From positions 1-30,038 of IMG/VR virus record IMGVR_UViG_3300040811_002370: a stretch of DNA of 30,038 bases; one strand, written 5' to 3'. The notes under the pieces were generated by a model. That model did no database searches, was not told the DNA's origin, and saw nothing but the letters and a program-made list of their open reading frames with translations. The stretch comes from a virus. Its lineage: Duplodnaviria; Caudoviricetes. Positions within the stretch are counted from its first letter, which is position 1. The number at the start of each line of letters is the position of its first letter. Below are positions 1 through 10,696 of this stretch, in pieces. A program made the translations under genes and the position numbers.

Positions 1-3000
1 TCATTATTCAAAAATCCAGTATTCCTATTCCAACCACCAGCAACTATAGAAGAAGAATCTATCCTATAGAAACCTTCATTTTCGAAAATTTCCTTGATAA
101 ATGCTTGTGATTTTGAAGTCTTTCCTATAATCAGTGAATTATTTGGGAATTGATTTGTTGTTTCTACTGTTAGGAATTCATTCTTCTTGTCAAATTTCAG
201 AACGGTACCTTTTTCTAGACTTTCATTTGAAATTGATTCTCCTACTATAAATGAATTTTTAGATAGAGTTGTTTTGAAGGATGGTAAGTACTCGCTAGGA
301 ACTACCTGTCCAGAAGAGTTTATGGGATCATATGTTCCTGGGGTTTCATTAGCACTCAGATAATTTTCCAAAGAGTATTCAATATATGCACCCGATCCGC
401 CAATACTTGGGTATACCCCAACGACAGGGAATAAAGAATAATCATAATTTTTGGAGTTATATCCTTTACTAGTTGACTCTAGTGTTGATATTCCTTCTAT
501 TAAAATATTGTCTCCAATAAAAAAGGGAAAATTATTTGGGTCACTGAATTGTCTATTTAGATAAACTTTTGTTGTTTTTGTGGTGGATTCATATTGTACC
601 GAACTAATTCCCAATCCATTTGAATTGTTTATTGCTATGATTTTCGGATCAACCCCATAAAGACCATTTGTATTTTTGAGTATAGTCACCTCTGGTTTTT
701 CTACATTATAATCCAATATCAAATCTTCTACTACTTTGTTTGTGACTCCATCAATAACCACTAAATCAGGAGAAGTATTATAATTTAATCCTGGAGAAAT
801 AACTTCAATTTTTTCTATTGTTGATAGTGGCTCTACTCTCAGTATTGTTGGATACTTGATTGTAGGTTTGATTGTATTGTCTATTGAGTAATTGTATCCA
901 ATATTAACTATTTTTCCAGAAGTTATTTTTCCGATCGTATCACTACTTGGTAGCAATATTGCGCCACTACCAGTAGAAGAACGAACACCAGAAATAAACG
1001 GAAGTCTTTCATACTCTCTTCCACCATAAATTACTTTTACTTTTTCTATTTCTCCAAATTCAGTTTTTGAATTTGTAAAATAATCATAATTTCCAGATAA
1101 GAATGAATTACTGGGGTCAAACTGATTATAAAAAGTGAATGAAGTTGAAGAAACACCAACAACAGTTTTTTCTCCACTTAATATACTATCAACAAAAAAT
1201 AGTTTGTTGAAGTCTATTATTTCTTCATCAACTTTATATTCTTTTTTTGATTTTGTTAAATCTATGTCTGTTCTAGGAATTAAATTATACCAAATAGAAT
1301 TTGGGAAGTCATTATCTAATGTAAATTCGACTCTTGCAACAGAAGATACCCCAATTGTCCCAAATTTTGATACCTTTTGTGTTCCATTTACATCAACAGG
1401 AAAATATTCTCCCTTGAAATTTTCATCAGTGTATAAATTAAAATCAAATGCTGGAGTTCTTCCAATTCCTAATGGATAGGACAAAGAAGAATCAGATAAA
1501 TCTATAACTACTTTTTGATTTTTTATTATGTTTATTTTTGGATTTATCTCTGCTAGTGTACCATAAGAAGAACTTGAAATATTGACAATATATCTGTTAC
1601 TAGAAGTGGAACCATAATAAGAATCTGATAGTCTAATTCTATCTTTATCATAAACTACGGCATAATAAATCTTTTCGTCCTCTAGTCCTGTAGCAGGAGA
1701 AGAAGAAGTATGAATTAATTTTTGTCCATCAGTATAATTATGATTCTCTATTGTTATTAGGTTATTTTCTATATCAACAAAAGAAAAATCTCTTGGATTT
1801 GCCACTAATCTACGATTGTAGTCATCATATTTTATTGTTATTGTAGTTGTTAGACCAGAAGATACATTTAAGTTAATTCTATCTCCTTTTTCTAGAAAAT
1901 GAGTAGAACCTGTTAATACTGTTATTGAATTTTTTGTTACATTTCCTTTGGATTGGTTGTCAAATTTTGTTTGGAAACTATGATAATTTCCTGTTCCTGG
2001 ATCTACAAAAAATAATGTAGATCCTGTTTGTGATATTCCAACTAATTCTCCTGTAGTACCAAGTCCAACTTTTATAGTTGATATTCCTATCAAATCATTT
2101 GTTATTTTTGCAACATATAGGTTGTCGCCATCAGTTAAGGTAAAATTATCAATTCCATCAGTTGATACGGAAATTCCGATTCCAGAATTGGTTTTGTATT
2201 TTATTTGGTCTCCAGTATTAAATTGGTGGTCTTTTAAATATATGGATTTTTGTGGAATGACTATGGATGTCAAACCAACTCCAGGATTTGAAAATGTAAT
2301 AGTGTGTCCAAATCCAATATAAGTACCTATACCTAAGGATTCGTTTGGATCAAAATATAATTCTCTGTTTAATTTGTAATTTTGATTCTGGACATCTCTT
2401 TGTAGTCTGATATAAAATTTTCTAGGATCTTCTAGCAGCAAAGAATATGCAGAATGTGCAGTGGATACCGTAGAATCTTGCTCTCGCAAAACCCTAATTC
2501 TAGAATTATCTTTATCAATATTAAGTACTTTTATTTTTTCGGAATTTATAGTCAATATATCATTTTCTCTGATTGTTGGATATTCTAATAATCCAGAAAT
2601 ATTGAAATATGTTGTTAATCCAGTAACTGATGCATTACCGACACTAACAGTTAAAATGAAACTAGAAGGATTGATTTCGGTATTAAACTTTCCGTTCAAA
2701 CTTTGATCGTGATTTGATAATGAATCTACAAAGATTAGATCATTGTTGGATAGTTTATGAGAAATAGTTGTAAATCCGACTAATTTATCATTTGTCCCCG
2801 AAAGAGGATAAAATTCTACATCTAATATTTTAGTGGTGCTTTGTGATATTCCTACTATTTCTCTTCCTTTTATATACTCTACTCTTGCGGAAGGATAGTT
2901 TCCCTTTGATTCTGTTATATCAAAAATTAAGCTGTCATTTACTTGGTAATTATTTCCGCCAGATATTATTTGTATTGAATCCAACGATCCTTTTTTTGTG

Positions 3001-6000
3001 TTTTGTATTTCTAGATCGTGCGATTTTATATCGTTGGTTCTATTGAAAAATTCATAAAATGATCTTTCACTAAGAGTATTATAAGGATTTGTGTTTCTTA
3101 TAATATTTTTTTGATCAAATATGAAATTGTTTTGGTTTATGGTCGAATCGAAATTGAAATCTATTGGTTTTGATTTATATGAATTTCCAATTATATAAGG
3201 GAATTTTGGTTTTTTGTCAGCACCAGAATTTGGAGTTTCGGATTCAAGAGTCATAAAATAAGCATATATTCCATTTGGAAATTCTGGAGTCACACAAAAT
3301 CTTCCATTGTGTTCGTCTAAGTCGCCAACTCCTTCAAAAGTATAGTCTTCTACAAAATATCCACTTGGAAATTTCTTTTTGTCTGGTCTATTTTCTGTAC
3401 TATCTACTGGAGCAGAGTATCCACTCAGAATTTGCCTTACTTTTTTATTTGTTGGCGAATCATAGCCATAAGGCCCATAGATTGGATTTCCATCATATGC
3501 CCATCCTAATATTGGAGAGTGATATTTCTCGGCGTCTGTGTCATTGCTATAATCACTCTTGTATTTTGCTTCTTGTTCTATACTTTTTGCGAATACTTTT
3601 TTTCTTAATGATCTAGGAGCATATGAATGTGTATACTGCAGCCCATAATTTTTGTTTTTTCCTTTGTATACTACACTATCATTTTCTTCTACTATTTTTG
3701 ATGTATTTGATAATCTCTCAAAATTATTGATAGTCCAAATTTGTGGATTAAATCTCAATTCGCATCCACTTCCAGGAGCAATGACATCAATAACAGTATT
3801 TTTCTGCTCATAATTTATTCCTTGGTTGATTATTTTTACTTCTATGATTTTTCCATCTTGTATAATTGGAGTTAAAACTGCCCCAATTCCAAATCCTTTA
3901 ACAATCAAATCTGGAGGAGAGTTGTAGCCATTTCCTTTCTCATTTATAACAACATTTACGATTTTTCCATTTGATACTATCGGTGTCAATATTGCACCAG
4001 ATCCAGAATTAAAATTGTAATTTGGTTGTTGGTTGTAGTTTATAATTTCTGATGACCCATAACCAACTCCGCCATCATATACAAAAACAGATGTTACTTT
4101 TCCTCTAATTATTGGCTGCACTCTTGCGGAGACATCACCATTTATGTTGGTAGAAATTCCAATTTTGCCGGAAATTTTTACTTCAATTGGGTCATAGTTA
4201 AAAATGTGATTGCCAGATCCTTGAGATTTTAGATCAACATATTGTCCTGTTTTGTAGTAAAAATCAAAAGCAGTCGATCCTATGCCAATTGTAGATAATT
4301 TAAATGATTGGTTGTCAACTTTGGTTAGGATATATCTTCCTGTACTTAATCCACTTATATTTTCTTCGCCACCATAATAGTAAATTATATCTCCGCTATT
4401 GTATGGAATTTGGTATGTAGTAATAATATCAAATGCAGTATTGATTCCAGAAGAAGGTATTGATATTTTATTATTTTTGTAACCAGATCCTGGATTTGTT
4501 ATGACAATAGAACTTACTCTTTTCTTTATATTAGTAGATTCTAATCTATGATTCCCAGATCCATAAGAAGTTAAATCAATTGTATTGATTCCTACTATAG
4601 AGTCATCAAATGTTTTGTGTAATGTTATCGTATATCCATCAACTACCTTTGTGTAATATTTTGAATTTTTTATCAATCCGCCAATTGGAGTATTTTCTCC
4701 TGGATTATAAACTATCAATTCTCCATTTCTAAACCTATGATAAGTTGAAAATCCTATTTTATTTTCTATTAAGTTTATTTTTTCATTAGTAGATGATGGA
4801 TTTAGGTCAATAAAATGATTATAAGAAACCATTTTTGCCTTTGCTGTGGCACCTTGTCCATTTCCCCCAGTAATATCAATTATTGGAGTATCAATATAAT
4901 CAAACCCACCATCAATAAGATCTATTCTTCGTAAAGATCCTTCTACTCCGCAAAAACCAAAAGCAGTGGATAGACCAGTAGAAGCAGGAGATATGTTGAG
5001 TACTGGCGGATTGATAACATCGTAATTATCACCAGGAGACAGGACATCTACCGTTTTTATTGCACCATAGTAAAGATAATCATCTGACTTATAATTTAAT
5101 ATCTCAACACCATTGATCAATATCCCTGTTGTGCCATGAGTTGTTTCGTAGTTTTCTCCGGTGTTTTCTGGAGATCTTAGCAATTTTATAAGTCTTTGGG
5201 AATCAATTTCTGATGGTAAGTTATTTTGTTTCGAGAACTTGAGAAGACTTATTGTATTATTTGTTATTGAAGTGGATGCTATACCAACAAATTTTTCGTA
5301 TCTTATATCGGATCTACTTCTTGCTAGTCTTATTTCATTGTCTGTTTCTTTTTTGACGAAATAAACTCCAGATTGAATTCCTAATGTATTAGTTTCACTT
5401 TCTGGAGAATAGACTATTACATCACCAGTTATGAATCCATGAGAAGCACCTAGATTTAATACTTCCCCAGAGAAAGTTCCACCAAAATTAATTTTGTAAT
5501 CATTTACTGTGGTTGTGTTTTCTCCATATGATGGAAGAGAAGAAGAAGTAACATAAAGATCATCAGAATCAAAATCTCGATATACATTTAGTACATCGGA
5601 AACAAACTTATTAGAAAACTTGGAAACTTTTCTTTTGATATAAAAAATGTTAGAAATTTCTATATTTCCGGTTGAAATTTGGAAGCTCTTTCCGGGAATA
5701 CTACCAGTTGGAATACTCGCATTAAAAACTGAAATTTCCCGTGATCCTGTTAGTGAATTAATATACTCTACTTCAACTGAATCCCCAGCAAAAATGCCAT
5801 TATCATCATAAGTTTCTATTGTATATTTGAATTCACCATCAGAAGTGAAAGATTTGACTTCGCACTTGACTGTTTTATTAAAAATCCAGGTATTGTCTTG
5901 TAAGTAATTTTTATTATAACCTAAGGTAAGAATCTTTGCGACATCACCTTTTTCATAATATTTGACATTTGCTGGAATATTTGCTTCTGATATAACTCCT

Positions 6001-7193
6001 GTGATCCTAAATCTTACTTCATTTCCAGAAGAGTCATATCCATATGCATAGGTATTAAGTGATATTTCTTTTCCCGGAATAATTGTTTCTATGATTCCGC
6101 TGCAGTTTAGAAACTGATTGATGGTTTTTCCACTGTATTGAATCAATATATTACCAAATTCTCCATCAACAACAAGTTCGCCGGACTCTGGAAATCCTAT
6201 TGTGGAGTCAACTGTAATATAATCGGTACCAATAGACGCATCATCTGTTAATACAGTTTTGGGATGTATTTTCAGATCACCAAAAATAGAACCAGAGACG
6301 ATGACATCTTTATCAAAGTCATAGTCAAGCATCAATGTATAGTATACTTTTCCATTCTTTATTTGTCTTTGTATGTCGGTTACCGTACCAAAAGACTTTG
6401 GGATATCTCCATATTGATCCTGAAAAACTGTTTGATTTAATAGTAGTTCGGGATCACCCTGTAGTGCCTCTACAACAAAGTTTCTTGTTACTCGATACTG
6501 GGCATTTGATGGTTCTATTAAGTAATTTCTTGGTAGAATAACTTCTACATCTTTTCCGTACAAGACACGAAACAGAATCTCAAATGACCTGTCTGTTCCT
6601 TTTGAAGTATAAAAATCTTTAGACTGCTTAAGGAAAAGATTTTGATCTACGCCAGGAAATAATTCTCGATTGTCAAAACCATAAAGGAATTGTTTCTTTA
6701 CTTTAATGAAAAATTCTTTTAGGAATAAAGAACTGAGATTTTTTACTTCTACTCCTGATGTGTGCTCTTGTATTTGACTAGAAGAGAAGGAAAGTTCTTC
6801 GGTATTTCCTACCGAATATTCTGTTGTTCCACTGAATCCTCTGATGCAATCATTAAAAGAAGTAGAAGTCTTGGATTTATATAAAATTATTTCATTGTCA
6901 ATTTGAATTAATCCATATGTTTGTGGAAATCCTTCTGTGCTAACTACATTAATTGTGGTATCAACAAAGCCAAAATCAGAAGTAAGAGTTGTGGTTTCAA
7001 CCAAGTTTGTTAGGTTATTAACTTTTATATACTGATCAATATTTTGTAGAATATCATAAGAAGAACCTTTTGATTCTAATGATCGGTAATATTCAGTAAG
7101 AAGTTCGGAAACAAGTGGATACTCCTCTCTCACAAAGAGAGGAAGTTGGCTTTCTACAATTGAACTAATCTTGATTCTATTATTCGGTTCCAT
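1..7193 (-). CDS. Very large baseplate wedge initiator / structural protein (T4 gp7-like, cyanophage type), 3' end outside window
   Basis: Not in ORF track because it runs off the edge. ATG at 7193 (MEPNNRIKISSIVESQLPLFVREEYP...) directly after gp6. Same frame confirmed at spot checks near 5090, 3500, 460 and 10. Has GGFDY..P/GGNGQGATA repeats and GWAYDGNPIYGPYG...GDLDEHNGRFCVTPEFPNG motifs. About 2397 aa or more. Confidence 0.8.
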   Translation of the reverse strand, partial: MEPNNRIKISSIVESQLPLFVREEYPLVSELLTEYYRSLESKGSSYDILQNIDQYIKVNNLTNLVETTTLTSDFGFVDTTINVVSTEGFPQTYGLIQIDNEIILYKSKTSTSFNDCIRGFSGTTEYSVGNTEELSFSSSQIQEHTSGVEVKNLSSLFLKEFFIKVKKQFLYGFDNRELFPGVDQNLFLKQSKDFYTSKGTDRSFEILFRVLYGKDVEVILPRNYLIEPSNAQYRVTRNFVVEALQGDPELLLNQTVFQDQYGDIPKSFGTVTDIQRQIKNGKVYYTLMLDYDFDKDVIVSGSIFGDLKIHPKTVLTDDASIGTDYITVDSTIGFPESGELVVDGEFGNILIQYSGKTINQFLNCSGIIETIIPGKEISLNTYAYGYDSSGNEVRFRITGVISEANIPANVKYYEKGDVAKILTLGYNKNYLQDNTWIFNKTVKCEVKSFTSDGEFKYTIETYDDNGIFAGDSVEVEYINSLTGSREISVFNASIPTGSIPGKSFQISTGNIEISNIFYIKRKVSKFSNKFVSDVLNVYRDFDSDDLYVTSSSLPSYGENTTTVNDYKINFGGTFSGEVLNLGASHGFITGDVIVYSPESETNTLGIQSGVYFVKKETDNEIRLARSRSDIRYEKFVGIASTSITNNTISLLKFSKQNNLPSEIDSQRLIKLLRSPENTGENYETTHGTTGILINGVEILNYKSDDYLYYGAIKTVDVLSPGDNYDVINPPVLNISPASTGLSTAFGFCGVEGSLRRIDLIDGGFDYIDTPIIDITGGNGQGATAKAKMVSYNHFIDLNPSSTNEKINLIENKIGFSTYHRFRNGELIVYNPGENTPIGGLIKNSKYYTKVVDGYTITLHKTFDDSIVGINTIDLTSYGSGNHRLESTNIKKRVSSIVITNPGSGYKNNKISIPSSGINTAFDIITTYQIPYNSGDIIYYYGGEENISGLSTGRYILTKVDNQSFKLSTIGIGSTAFDFYYKTGQYVDLKSQGSGNHIFNYDPIEVKISGKIGISTNINGDVSARVQPIIRGKVTSVFVYDGGVGYGSSEIINYNQQPNYNFNSGSGAILTPIVSNGKIVNVVINEKGNGYNSPPDLIVKGFGIGAVLTPIIQDGKIIEVKIINQGINYEQKNTVIDVIAPGSGCELRFNPQIWTINNFERLSNTSKIVEENDSVVYKGKNKNYGLQYTHSYAPRSLRKKVFAKSIEQEAKYKSDYSNDTDAEKYHSPILGWAYDGNPIYGPYGYDSPTNKKVRQILSGYSAPVDSTENRPDKKKFPSGYFVEDYTFEGVGDLDEHNGRFCVTPEFPNGIYAYFMTLESETPNSGADKKPKFPYIIGNSYKSKPIDFNFDSTINQNNFIFDQKNIIRNTNPYNTLSERSFYEFFNRTNDIKSHDLEIQNTKKGSLDSIQIISGGNNYQVNDSLIFDITESKGNYPSARVEYIKGREIVGISQSTTKILDVEFYPLSGTNDKLVGFTTISHKLSNNDLIFVDSLSNHDQSLNGKFNTEINPSSFILTVSVGNASVTGLTTYFNISGLLEYPTIRENDILTINSEKIKVLNIDKDNSRIRVLREQDSTVSTAHSAYSLLLEDPRKFYIRLQRDVQNQNYKLNRELYFDPNESLGIGTYIGFGHTITFSNPGVGLTSIVIPQKSIYLKDHQFNTGDQIKYKTNSGIGISVSTDGIDNFTLTDGDNLYVAKITNDLIGISTIKVGLGTTGELVGISQTGSTLFFVDPGTGNYHSFQTKFDNQSKGNVTKNSITVLTGSTHFLEKGDRINLNVSSGLTTTITIKYDDYNRRLVANPRDFSFVDIENNLITIENHNYTDGQKLIHTSSSPATGLEDEKIYYAVVYDKDRIRLSDSYYGSTSSNRYIVNISSSSYGTLAEINPKINIIKNQKVVIDLSDSSLSYPLGIGRTPAFDFNLYTDENFKGEYFPVDVNGTQKVSKFGTIGVSSVARVEFTLDNDFPNSIWYNLIPRTDIDLTKSKKEYKVDEEIIDFNKLFFVDSILSGEKTVVGVSSTSFTFYNQFDPSNSFLSGNYDYFTNSKTEFGEIEKVKVIYGGREYERLPFISGVRSSTGSGAILLPSSDTIGKITSGKIVNIGYNYSIDNTIKPTIKYPTILRVEPLSTIEKIEVISPGLNYNTSPDLVVIDGVTNKVVEDLILDYNVEKPEVTILKNTNGLYGVDPKIIAINNSNGLGISSVQYESTTKTTKVYLNRQFSDPNNFPFFIGDNILIEGISTLESTSKGYNSKNYDYSLFPVVGVYPSIGGSGAYIEYSLENYLSANETPGTYDPINSSGQVVPSEYLPSFKTTLSKNSFIVGESISNESLEKGTVLKFDKKNEFLTVETTNQFPNNSLIIGKTSKSQAFIKEIFENEGFYRIDSSSIVAGGWNRNTGFLNN

Positions 7194-7196
7194 TTA

Positions 7197-9098
7197 TTAA
7201 TTTCTTACTAGATTTCCGTTTGAGTAACTAGAGGAAGTGATGTAATTTGAGCCAGAAGTATCCGAACCAGATTCGATATTATCTGGTATGGTATTTACAT
7301 CTAATCTATTAATATCTATCTGCAAATATAAATCCTGTATTCCTAAGATGTCATTTGATTCTGGGATGGCAGAAATTTCAATGATTGGAGTTCCACCATC
7401 AGTTTTTTCTGTTGATATGATTCTTATTGGATTTGTTATGATCTCTCCAGTAATATAATCAATAGTTCCAATTGATTTTCTCACTATTACAGGATCAACA
7501 TTTGAATTCAGGTAGAATAAAAACAAAGAACCTTTTTTCATATCTGGATTTGGAATATCACCAAAGTAAACAGTATTGGATATTCCACTGACTTTGAATC
7601 CAGATGATTTTATGTTGTATCCAGTTGTATTCTTTATGTGAAATTGGTTTCTATAACAAATTTCATACTGAGCAAATTGATTCAGTGAAACCTTCAGGTC
7701 TCTGCGAATTTGAAGTCTTGTGATGTTTGAAGTAATTGCAGAATCGCTATCGTCAATAAGTTTTTGATATTTACTATACTTAAATCTTGCTCCATACTTA
7801 TTGAGTTCTTCTGAATCCGCGTATCTCTTGATATTATTGATCACTCTTGTTTTGAGTAAATCACTACTTAGAGAAGAATTAGTATCATAGTAAACATTAG
7901 AAGTCGGTTCGATGTAAAGATATTTGAGATCAAGAATTTCTGGTATTATTCCCGCAACTGCATATTTCTTGAGTTGAAACTTGATATTGTCTTTTACTGC
8001 ATTGGAAAGAAAAGATCCATAAAATGGTTTGATCGTTATGAATACCTTTCCGTATTGTGGTGGAGTCAGTTCCTCTCCGCCAAATGCACTGACAGATTCT
8101 GCTTCTGAGTAAATTTTTGGTATCAGAGTTTCATAATCTGCTGCAGTCACTGCCCTATTTTGCGCTGCATATGCTCTTGGAGCAAAGTTTCTGATAGAAT
8201 TGATTGATTCAATTGGTGCGCCACCACTAGATGGAAGATTTGTGGTAATTAGAGAGACAGTTTCATTGACTGGTGCTCCATCCTCATTAACCAAAATTCC
8301 GGCAAAATTAAATGAAGAAAAACCATTTCCATCCAATCCAGAAGAAATAAGATAAGATACCTGAATATAATTATTTTCTGCTAATTTCTGTCCAAATACT
8401 CCATCACCAAATAACAATTCATATCGTTCGTCTTCTATTTCCTGTATAAAAAATACTCTTGATGTTGCGGTGACATCTAGAATGCTGGAGGAGTTAATGA
8501 ATTTTTTTGCGCTGCTACTTGAAGAAGTATCTCTGACTGATACTTTCAGGGTTCTGGTGTCTACTCCTCTGTTTTCTAGAATATATCTTTGATTTGTTGT
8601 ATTTGGCGCAACTGTAAAATTAGTATTGATGTATGAACCTTCGTAGATTTCTATTCCATCAAAAGATGCTATTCCATCAATAACTGGAACTGTAACATCA
8701 TCCAAAACAGAGAAAACAAAAGATAACCTACCAAAATTTGATGTATTGCAGACAACACCACTTTTTAGGGTTACTATTTTTGTGGAGGGGTCACTCACCT
8801 CAACAAAGAAACTGATATTTGCCTTTGCTGCTCTTCTGGAATTTGGAACATATCCGATGTTCCTTGCAAGAGAAACAATATTTTCTCTTAGTGTTGCGCT
8901 ATCAATGAAAACCTCATTGCTCACCATGTTTGCATTGTAAGATGCAATATAGGTGTTGTATGCCAACATGTCTATCAGAACAGACAAGTTAGATCCTTCA
9001 AAATCATAATCAGTGAAATTTGAGTTTGCTCTCAAATAATCCTGAATTGATACCTTTATTTGATCAAAATCTAGGTTGGTGAAATTAGTTAATGCCAT
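7197..9098 (-). CDS. gp6: Baseplate wedge subunit (T4 gp6-like)
   Basis: 633 aa. LDFDQIK...FTDYDFEGSNLSVLIDMLAYNT, SLARNIGYVP, QNRAVTAADY and PPQYGKVFI are gp6 hallmarks. Follows gp25. Confidence 0.95.
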   Translation of the reverse strand: MALTNFTNLDFDQIKVSIQDYLRANSNFTDYDFEGSNLSVLIDMLAYNTYIASYNANMVSNEVFIDSATLRENIVSLARNIGYVPNSRRAAKANISFFVEVSDPSTKIVTLKSGVVCNTSNFGRLSFVFSVLDDVTVPVIDGIASFDGIEIYEGSYINTNFTVAPNTTNQRYILENRGVDTRTLKVSVRDTSSSSSAKKFINSSSILDVTATSRVFFIQEIEDERYELLFGDGVFGQKLAENNYIQVSYLISSGLDGNGFSSFNFAGILVNEDGAPVNETVSLITTNLPSSGGAPIESINSIRNFAPRAYAAQNRAVTAADYETLIPKIYSEAESVSAFGGEELTPPQYGKVFITIKPFYGSFLSNAVKDNIKFQLKKYAVAGIIPEILDLKYLYIEPTSNVYYDTNSSLSSDLLKTRVINNIKRYADSEELNKYGARFKYSKYQKLIDDSDSAITSNITRLQIRRDLKVSLNQFAQYEICYRNQFHIKNTTGYNIKSSGFKVSGISNTVYFGDIPNPDMKKGSLFLFYLNSNVDPVIVRKSIGTIDYITGEIITNPIRIISTEKTDGGTPIIEISAIPESNDILGIQDLYLQIDINRLDVNTIPDNIESGSDTSGSNYITSSSYSNGNLVRN

Positions 9099-9499
9099 TA
9101 TCGTGTTGACTGTAGTGCAAATGTAAGCTGTTGTGGTAGGGCATCAATTCCAACGATATAATATCTTATGGTAACATTGAACTCATAATCATCATAGTTC
9201 GGATTTACATCTACTCCTATCAATTCAACTCTTGGTTCGTAATTTTCTATTGTATTTTTAATTTCATCTTGTAAAATGGACGCAGAAACATCATCAATAT
9301 TTTCGAAAAGACTCTGAGATACCTTTGATCCAAGATTTTGATTGAAAAATCTTTCTCCTGGTAGAGTAAATACCAAATTACGAAGAGAGCGAGCAATAGC
9401 AGTCTCATTCTTAAGATCAATCAAATCATAAGTCAACGGATTGACATGAAGTGAAAGACTCATATCCTTGAAACTTTTACTGACTCGCTCTATTGGCAT
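9098..9499 (-). CDS. gp25: Baseplate wedge subunit (T4 gp25-like)
   Basis: AIARSLRNLVFTLPGERFF...IENYEPRVEL gp25/GPW motif. Overlaps gp6 start. Confidence 0.95.
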   Translation of the reverse strand: MPIERVSKSFKDMSLSLHVNPLTYDLIDLKNETAIARSLRNLVFTLPGERFFNQNLGSKVSQSLFENIDDVSASILQDEIKNTIENYEPRVELIGVDVNPNYDDYEFNVTIRYYIVGIDALPQQLTFALQSTR

Positions 9500-9520
9500 T
9501 AAAAATGTGTAAATTCTATC

Positions 9521-9528
9521 TTATTTAT
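9521..9528 (-). promoter_or_regulatory. T4-type late promoter (ATAAATA) for gp25-gp6-gp7
   Basis: Minus strand ATAAATAA about 22 nt upstream of the gp25 ATG. Confidence 0.7.
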
Positions 9529-9761
9529 CAACCAAAAAGTGGTTCTGTGCCATATTCCCAGTCATCGTAATCATCATCATTTCTAATGTGCGAATGTAAC
9601 TCATTTTGTAGGGTAAAATCGTGTGTTTTGGGAGTCATATCATCGCAATTGATCTCCCGAAGCATTTTTTGCTTCTTGATTTTTTCTTCCCAGCCATATT
9701 CATTGGATAAGTACTGTGTTCCCCACATTTTCATCATGTATTGTCTGTTTTTGTCGGTCAT
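9528..9761 (-). CDS. Conserved cyanophage-type hypothetical protein
   Basis: 77 aa, ATGA overlap with upstream gene, acidic DDDYDDWEYG tail. Confidence 0.75.
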   Translation of the reverse strand: MTDKNRQYMMKMWGTQYLSNEYGWEEKIKKQKMLREINCDDMTPKTHDFTLQNELHSHIRNDDDYDDWEYGTEPLFG

Positions 9762-10411
9762 TTTTTCTCCTGATTTTGTGAATCAGAACTTTTTATGGGG
9801 TTGCTATCCCATGTATCAATCAAAAATCCCTTCCTGTGGTAGTCTTCATCTCTTACAAAAGTTAGATTCTTGTGATTTTTTTCTTTTTGGTCTTTCCACA
9901 CCGGAATTGCGATAGAATTTCCAAATCTAAAGTCTGGATTTCTCCTAAAATGCACTTCTATGAGCTTATTTCCAATAAATTCGCAATTAATCCACTGATA
10001 ATTCCCCTTTAACTTATTTAACACTGCAGGAAAGGGTATATTCTTATCTATTTTTGACCATTTTTTCCATTTGTATAACGGGTCATCACCATTTTTTTCT
10101 CCTAACACCACTAATCTTGCCTCTTTCTCATAAAAATCTACACTTATGTGATCACCATAAAAAATCTCACACCAAAATTCGGCTGGATGTAGATGATCAG
10201 TTGAGTTTTCAATCCACTCAATACGAGAAAATCGCCCCATACCAAGTAAATTCATACTTGGTCGGACGACATAATACCCAGAATAAGGAACGGGGCATCC
10301 TGTTGGTCCACAGAGATGCCCTAGGTGTTTTGATAAAATGAGTTTATTATAAACCCATAAGTCTTCTAGGTGGATATTTTCCCATTCTTCTTGGGAATCC
10401 AAATAAGACAT
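9758..10411 (-). CDS. Hypothetical protein, possible ATP-grasp-like fold
   Basis: 217 aa. YVVRP..N..GMG, E.FYG.HISVD and INCEF....IEVHFR resemble ATP-grasp motifs. Translationally coupled to both neighbours. Confidence 0.55.
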   Translation of the reverse strand: MSYLDSQEEWENIHLEDLWVYNKLILSKHLGHLCGPTGCPVPYSGYYVVRPSMNLLGMGRFSRIEWIENSTDHLHPAEFWCEIFYGDHISVDFYEKEARLVVLGEKNGDDPLYKWKKWSKIDKNIPFPAVLNKLKGNYQWINCEFIGNKLIEVHFRRNPDFRFGNSIAIPVWKDQKEKNHKNLTFVRDEDYHRKGFLIDTWDSNPIKSSDSQNQEKK

Positions 10412-10554
10412 TAAGTTCCTTGCCCTCGGGATGGCTTTCGTGCCTTATTCCTGCTCGTTGCAGAATACTTTGTGTGCTTCCCACTTCCCTGCCGGGATTT
10501 CTTGGGTTTGGATTCAATTTGATCTGCACCATTCAGACTTTTAATTTTTGCCAT
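10411..10554 (-). CDS. Small basic protein (47 aa)
   Basis: Hand translation MAKIKSLNGADQIESKPKKSRQGSGKHTKYSATSRNKARKPSRGQGT. TAATG overlaps at both ends. Confidence 0.8.
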   Translation of the reverse strand: MAKIKSLNGADQIESKPKKSRQGSGKHTKYSATSRNKARKPSRGQGT

Positions 10555-10694
10555 TAGACTTCCTCCAATTCAATTTCATCAGCGTCAATTTCACCATCAT
10601 AAGATTTTTGTGCTAACTCGAAGAGAATCTCAGTGGATTCTTCTTCGGTTAGGTTATTATAGATTTTTCTTCCTTTGTAAAGGATGTTGATCAT
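10554..10694 (-). CDS. Small acidic protein (46 aa)
   Basis: Hand translation MINILYKGRKIYNNLTEEESTEILFELAQKSYDGEIDADEIELEEV. Fills the gap exactly. Confidence 0.75.
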   Translation of the reverse strand: MINILYKGRKIYNNLTEEESTEILFELAQKSYDGEIDADEIELEEV

Positions 10695-10696
10695 AA

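Noticed and set aside
1135-8940. Plus-strand ORFs in the track over the baseplate genes
   Set aside because: Antisense shadows of the long minus-strand structural CDSs. The same applies to most other + ORFs in the window.
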